A stretch of 64,000 bases of DNA, taken from contig CAUYUJ010000002.1 in assembly GCA_963575745.1 (NCBI GenBank), forward strand, positions 1-64,000, in the 5' to 3' direction. The position numbers and the translations under genes are program-made. The notes beneath the pieces are model-generated. The model was given only the letters and a program-made list of their open reading frames with translations. It was not told the origin of the DNA and searched no databases. Positions 60,698 to 64,000 of the stretch are shown piece after piece (the first letter of the stretch is position 1; each line of letters starts with the position of its first letter). Origin of the DNA: Prorocentrum cordatum. Lineage: Eukaryota.

Positions 60698-61984
60698 TCA
60701 TCCTCCCCCCTCGTCCGTGGTAAGAACCGTTGAAGGAGGAGGGATGAGGGGGCCCGATAGAACTAGATCTGTATTGTTTTCCTCCACCCAGATGCGCCAG
60801 TGCGTCCGCTTGCTCCACCTGACGTAGTCGGCCTTGCCGCGGTCCGACATCAGGTCCTGCAGCCCGTCCAGCTGCTCCTTGGTGGCAAGGGCCTTCGCCA
60901 GCCTGATGTGGCGCCCGCCGCGGGACTTCTCCTCGCGCCAGCCCTTGCCGCCGTCGTAGCCTTTATCGCCCTTGCCGCCGTCGTGGCCCTTGCCACTGTC
61001 GATGCCCTTGCCACTGTCGTAGCCTGTATCGCCACGGTCGTAGCTTGGATCACCGCCGTAGCCCGTGTCACCGTCGTAGCCCTTGCCGACGTCGTAGCCC
61101 TTGCGATCATAGCCCTTGTCGCCCTTGCGATCGTAGCCCTTGTCGCCCTTGCGGTCGTAGTCACGGCTGTCGTAGCCACAGTTGCCGTAGTTGTCGTAGC
61201 CACGGTTGTCGTCGCCACTGCTGTCGTATCCGCGGTTGTCGTAGCCACGGTTGTTGTAACCACGGTTGTCGTAGCCACGCTGGTAGTTGCCACTCTTGTC
61301 GTAGCCCTTGCTGTCGTAGCCTCTGTTGTCGTAGCCCTTGCTGTCGTAGCCCTTGCTCGAGCCCTTGTCGTAGTCGCCCCAGCGCCTGCGGTCGTACCAC
61401 CTGTTGTCGTAGTCATCGTTGTCGCGGTCGTACCACGAGCTGGGGTGGTCATACCACTTGGAGCTGTACGGGTCGTAGCGGCGGTCGTAGCCCTTGTCGC
61501 CCTTGCCACCGTCGTAGCCCACGTCGCCCCTGTCACCGTGGTAGCCTTTGTCGCGGCCCTTGTCGATGTCGTAGCCTTCGCCGCTGCCCTTGCCATCGTC
61601 GTGGCCCTTGTCGAAGCCCTTGCTCGAGCTGCCTTTGCCACCGCCGTAGCCCTTGCCACCGTCGATGATGCCCTTGCCACCGTCGTAGCTGGCGTAGTCG
61701 TAGCCCGTGTCGTCGCCATCGCCGTCGTCCATGAACTCCTGCAGGCCCTGGAACGAGTTCAACTCGGGATCCAGCGCGGGCGCCAACTCGAGATCATCGA
61801 GCAAGCCGTCGGCCACGCGCGAGCGATCGTACTTCGCCAAGACCTTCGCCGTCGGCGGCGTGCTTGGCGGCCGAGGGGCCACCTTGCTGGTGGGCTGCAA
61901 GACCTTGGCGGCCGCGGCGCGCCGCCGCTGGCTGAGATCCTCCGCCGCCTCCAGGAGCAGCGTCACCGCGGTCTCGTCCGCCAT
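60698..61984 (-). CDS. Gly/Tyr/Asp/Lys-repeat protein 1 (~428 aa)
   Basis: Open frame from MADETAV with many KGYD/RGYD/GGKG repeats and non-repetitive ends. A DinoSL-like motif lies at 62190-62210. Confidence 0.65.
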   Translation of the reverse strand: MADETAVTLLLEAAEDLSQRRRAAAAKVLQPTSKVAPRPPSTPPTAKVLAKYDRSRVADGLLDDLELAPALDPELNSFQGLQEFMDDGDGDDTGYDYASYDGGKGIIDGGKGYGGGKGSSSKGFDKGHDDGKGSGEGYDIDKGRDKGYHGDRGDVGYDGGKGDKGYDRRYDPYSSKWYDHPSSWYDRDNDDYDNRWYDRRRWGDYDKGSSKGYDSKGYDNRGYDSKGYDKSGNYQRGYDNRGYNNRGYDNRGYDSSGDDNRGYDNYGNCGYDSRDYDRKGDKGYDRKGDKGYDRKGYDVGKGYDGDTGYGGDPSYDRGDTGYDSGKGIDSGKGHDGGKGDKGYDGGKGWREEKSRGGRHIRLAKALATKEQLDGLQDLMSDRGKADYVRWSKRTHWRIWVEENNTDLVLSGPLIPPPSTVLTTDEGGG

Positions 61985-62632
61985 GGTGCTGCTGGTTGCA
62001 CTGGTGATGCTGCTGCGGGTGGTGCTGCTGGTTGCACTGGTGGCGATGCTGCAGCTGGTGCTGCTGCGCGTGGAGCTGCTGGATGCACTGGTGGTGCTGA
62101 TGCAGCTGGTGCTGCTGCGCGCGGAGCGCTGGTAGCTGCTGCGCGTGGGGCGCTGCAGCTGGTCGCGCACTGTCGCGACCCGAGCAACGCTCGGGCCTAA
62201 ACGGCGGTGGCAACGGAGGATGATGAGGTCGGGAAGGGATATTCACATCATAGCGTAGCATTGCATGGCATACCATAACCAACATCATGGTTCGCGGTAC
62301 TGAGTTCATTGTGAGGTCGTGTGATGCTGAGTTAATTGTGAGGCTGTCTCGAGCGAACGCAGACGACGATGCTAACGCATCTCATTTTCAAGTTCACATC
62401 CCCAAGTAAACTCTGACACAACGCATGCATTGCTGCATGCACCCATGAGTGCACAGCGCGAAACGATTCGCGACGCAGCCACGCCCCCTCACCCGAATCG
62501 CCCCCTCACCTGAATCGCACCCCCCCCCCCCTCCCCCCATTTGCGCGCGCTGCTGTTTCTGGACCGAGGCCCCCTGGAGGACCCCTTTCTCCTCCCAGGG
62601 GGGCGTGGCCGCGCGCGGTGGCGCGCGCGGCC

Positions 62633-62802
62633 ATGGCGTGCAGCGCCGAGGCGCTGAGCCGCGAGGCGCGCCTACACGAGGACTGCTGGGGTGAGAGCCA
62701 CAGGAGAAGGATGAAGGGGGATGAGGAGGACGAGGAGGAATACGAGGATGATGAGGAGGAAGAGGAGGAGGAGAAGGAATAGGAGGAGGAGGAGGATGAG
62801 GA

Positions 62803-62833
<31 letters not shown>

Positions 62834-63884
62834 GAGGAGGGAGGTCGGCGGATTTTCGCCCTCCATACAGGAGCTCCAGCGGGAGCGGCGGATCACAGAC
62901 AGGCTCCTCGACATCACAGACATCCTGCTTGGCTACGACAACAATGGCTACGACAACAGTGGCTACGACAACGGCTACGACAAGGGCTACGACAGAGGCC
63001 ACGACAAGGGCTACGACAAAGGCTACGACAAGGGCTACGACACGGGCTACGACAGTGATGGCAAGGGCTACGACGACGGTGGCAAGGGTTACGACGATGG
63101 CAAGGGCAAGGGCTACGACGGTGGCAAGGGCAAGGGCTACGACAGTGGCAAGGGCCGCGAGAATGACGGCAGCGGCAAGGGCCGCGACAAAGACGGCGAC
63201 AGCGGCAAGGGCCACATCAGGCTGGCGAAGGAGCAGCGTGACGGGCTGCAGGACATGATGTCGGACAGCGGCAAAGGCTACGACGGCGGCAAGGGCAGCG
63301 ACGGCGGCAAAGGCTACGACGGCAGCAAGGGCTTCGACAAAGGCTACGACGGCGGCAAGGGCAGCGACAAAGGCTACGACCCGTACGGCAGCTCGAGCAA
63401 GGGCTACGACGCGGTCTACGACACGGGCTACGTCAATGGCTACGACAAGGGCTACGACAAGGGCTACGAAAAGGGCTACGACGATGGCAAGGGTGCTGAT
63501 GGCATCGGTCGCGGCTGTACAAGCTACGACGGTGGCACGGGCATCGACGACGAGGCCATGGGCTACTACGACGGTGGCAAGGGCTACGATGGTAGCAAGG
63601 GCAGCACCGACGGTGACAAGGTCTACGACGGTGGCCAGGGCTACGACGATGGCGAGGGCTACAACGGTGGCAAGAGCATTAACGACGGTGGTAAGGGCAA
63701 GGCGACGGCCCTCGACAGCGGCGGGGGCTACGATGACGGCAAGGGCCCCGACGAGGGCAAGGGCATGAGCATGGGCAGGGACGCCGATGTGCCGAACAGC
63801 GGCATGCGCGACGATGGCCCTCCGCATCTTGAGCTGAGTTCTGTTACTGAGTCCCCGCCGCCAGCGGGGCCAGATTCGGACTGA
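62633..63884 (+). CDS. Gly/Tyr/Asp/Lys-repeat protein 2 (predicted exons 62633-62665, 62871-63884)
   Basis: MACSAEALSRE|ELQRERRITDRLLD.. with GAG|GC donor and CAG|G acceptor, then KGYD repeats. It shares HIRLAK..EQ.DGLQD.MSD.GK with protein 1. Confidence 0.6.
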
Positions 63885-64000
63885 GCACGCGAGGCAACAA
63901 TAGAATAGAGATTGGAGGGAGAGGGAAGGGGAGGTGGGAAGGCGAAGAGGGAGTGGAGCTACTGGAAGCTAAGCGTCGTCTGGCGCATCTCCCGTCGGCG

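Overview
This is GC-rich, repeat-dense eukaryotic DNA that reads as a dinoflagellate nuclear genome. The evidence is relic DinoSL spliced-leader motifs, GC/GA splice donors, (GAG)n/(CAT)n tracts and methyltransferase-bearing DIRS elements; a Prorocentrum-like origin is an inference. Host genes are all on the minus strand: three scattered exons of an Aurora-like Ser/Thr kinase (2.9-11.1 kb), an RPL29 retrocopy inside one of its introns, and a two-exon CNG/HCN-like channel (40.7-43.7 kb). Mobile DNA includes two decayed DIRS-like retroelements with a tyrosine recombinase followed by a C5-cytosine methyltransferase, a Penelope-like element with SL-like direct repeats, LINE/Gypsy/Copia relics, several MITE families and satellites. 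The most striking region is 52.2-63.9 kb. It holds a near-intact CACTA/CMC-type transposase, an accessory protein with an AP2-like tail whose ATG sits in a hairpin, and two head-to-head pairs of unknown, apparently paralogous genes. Most of these genes are preceded by a genomically encoded DinoSL-like motif, so this is a candidate large cargo-carrying DNA transposon. All calls come from manual reading; no database search was run.
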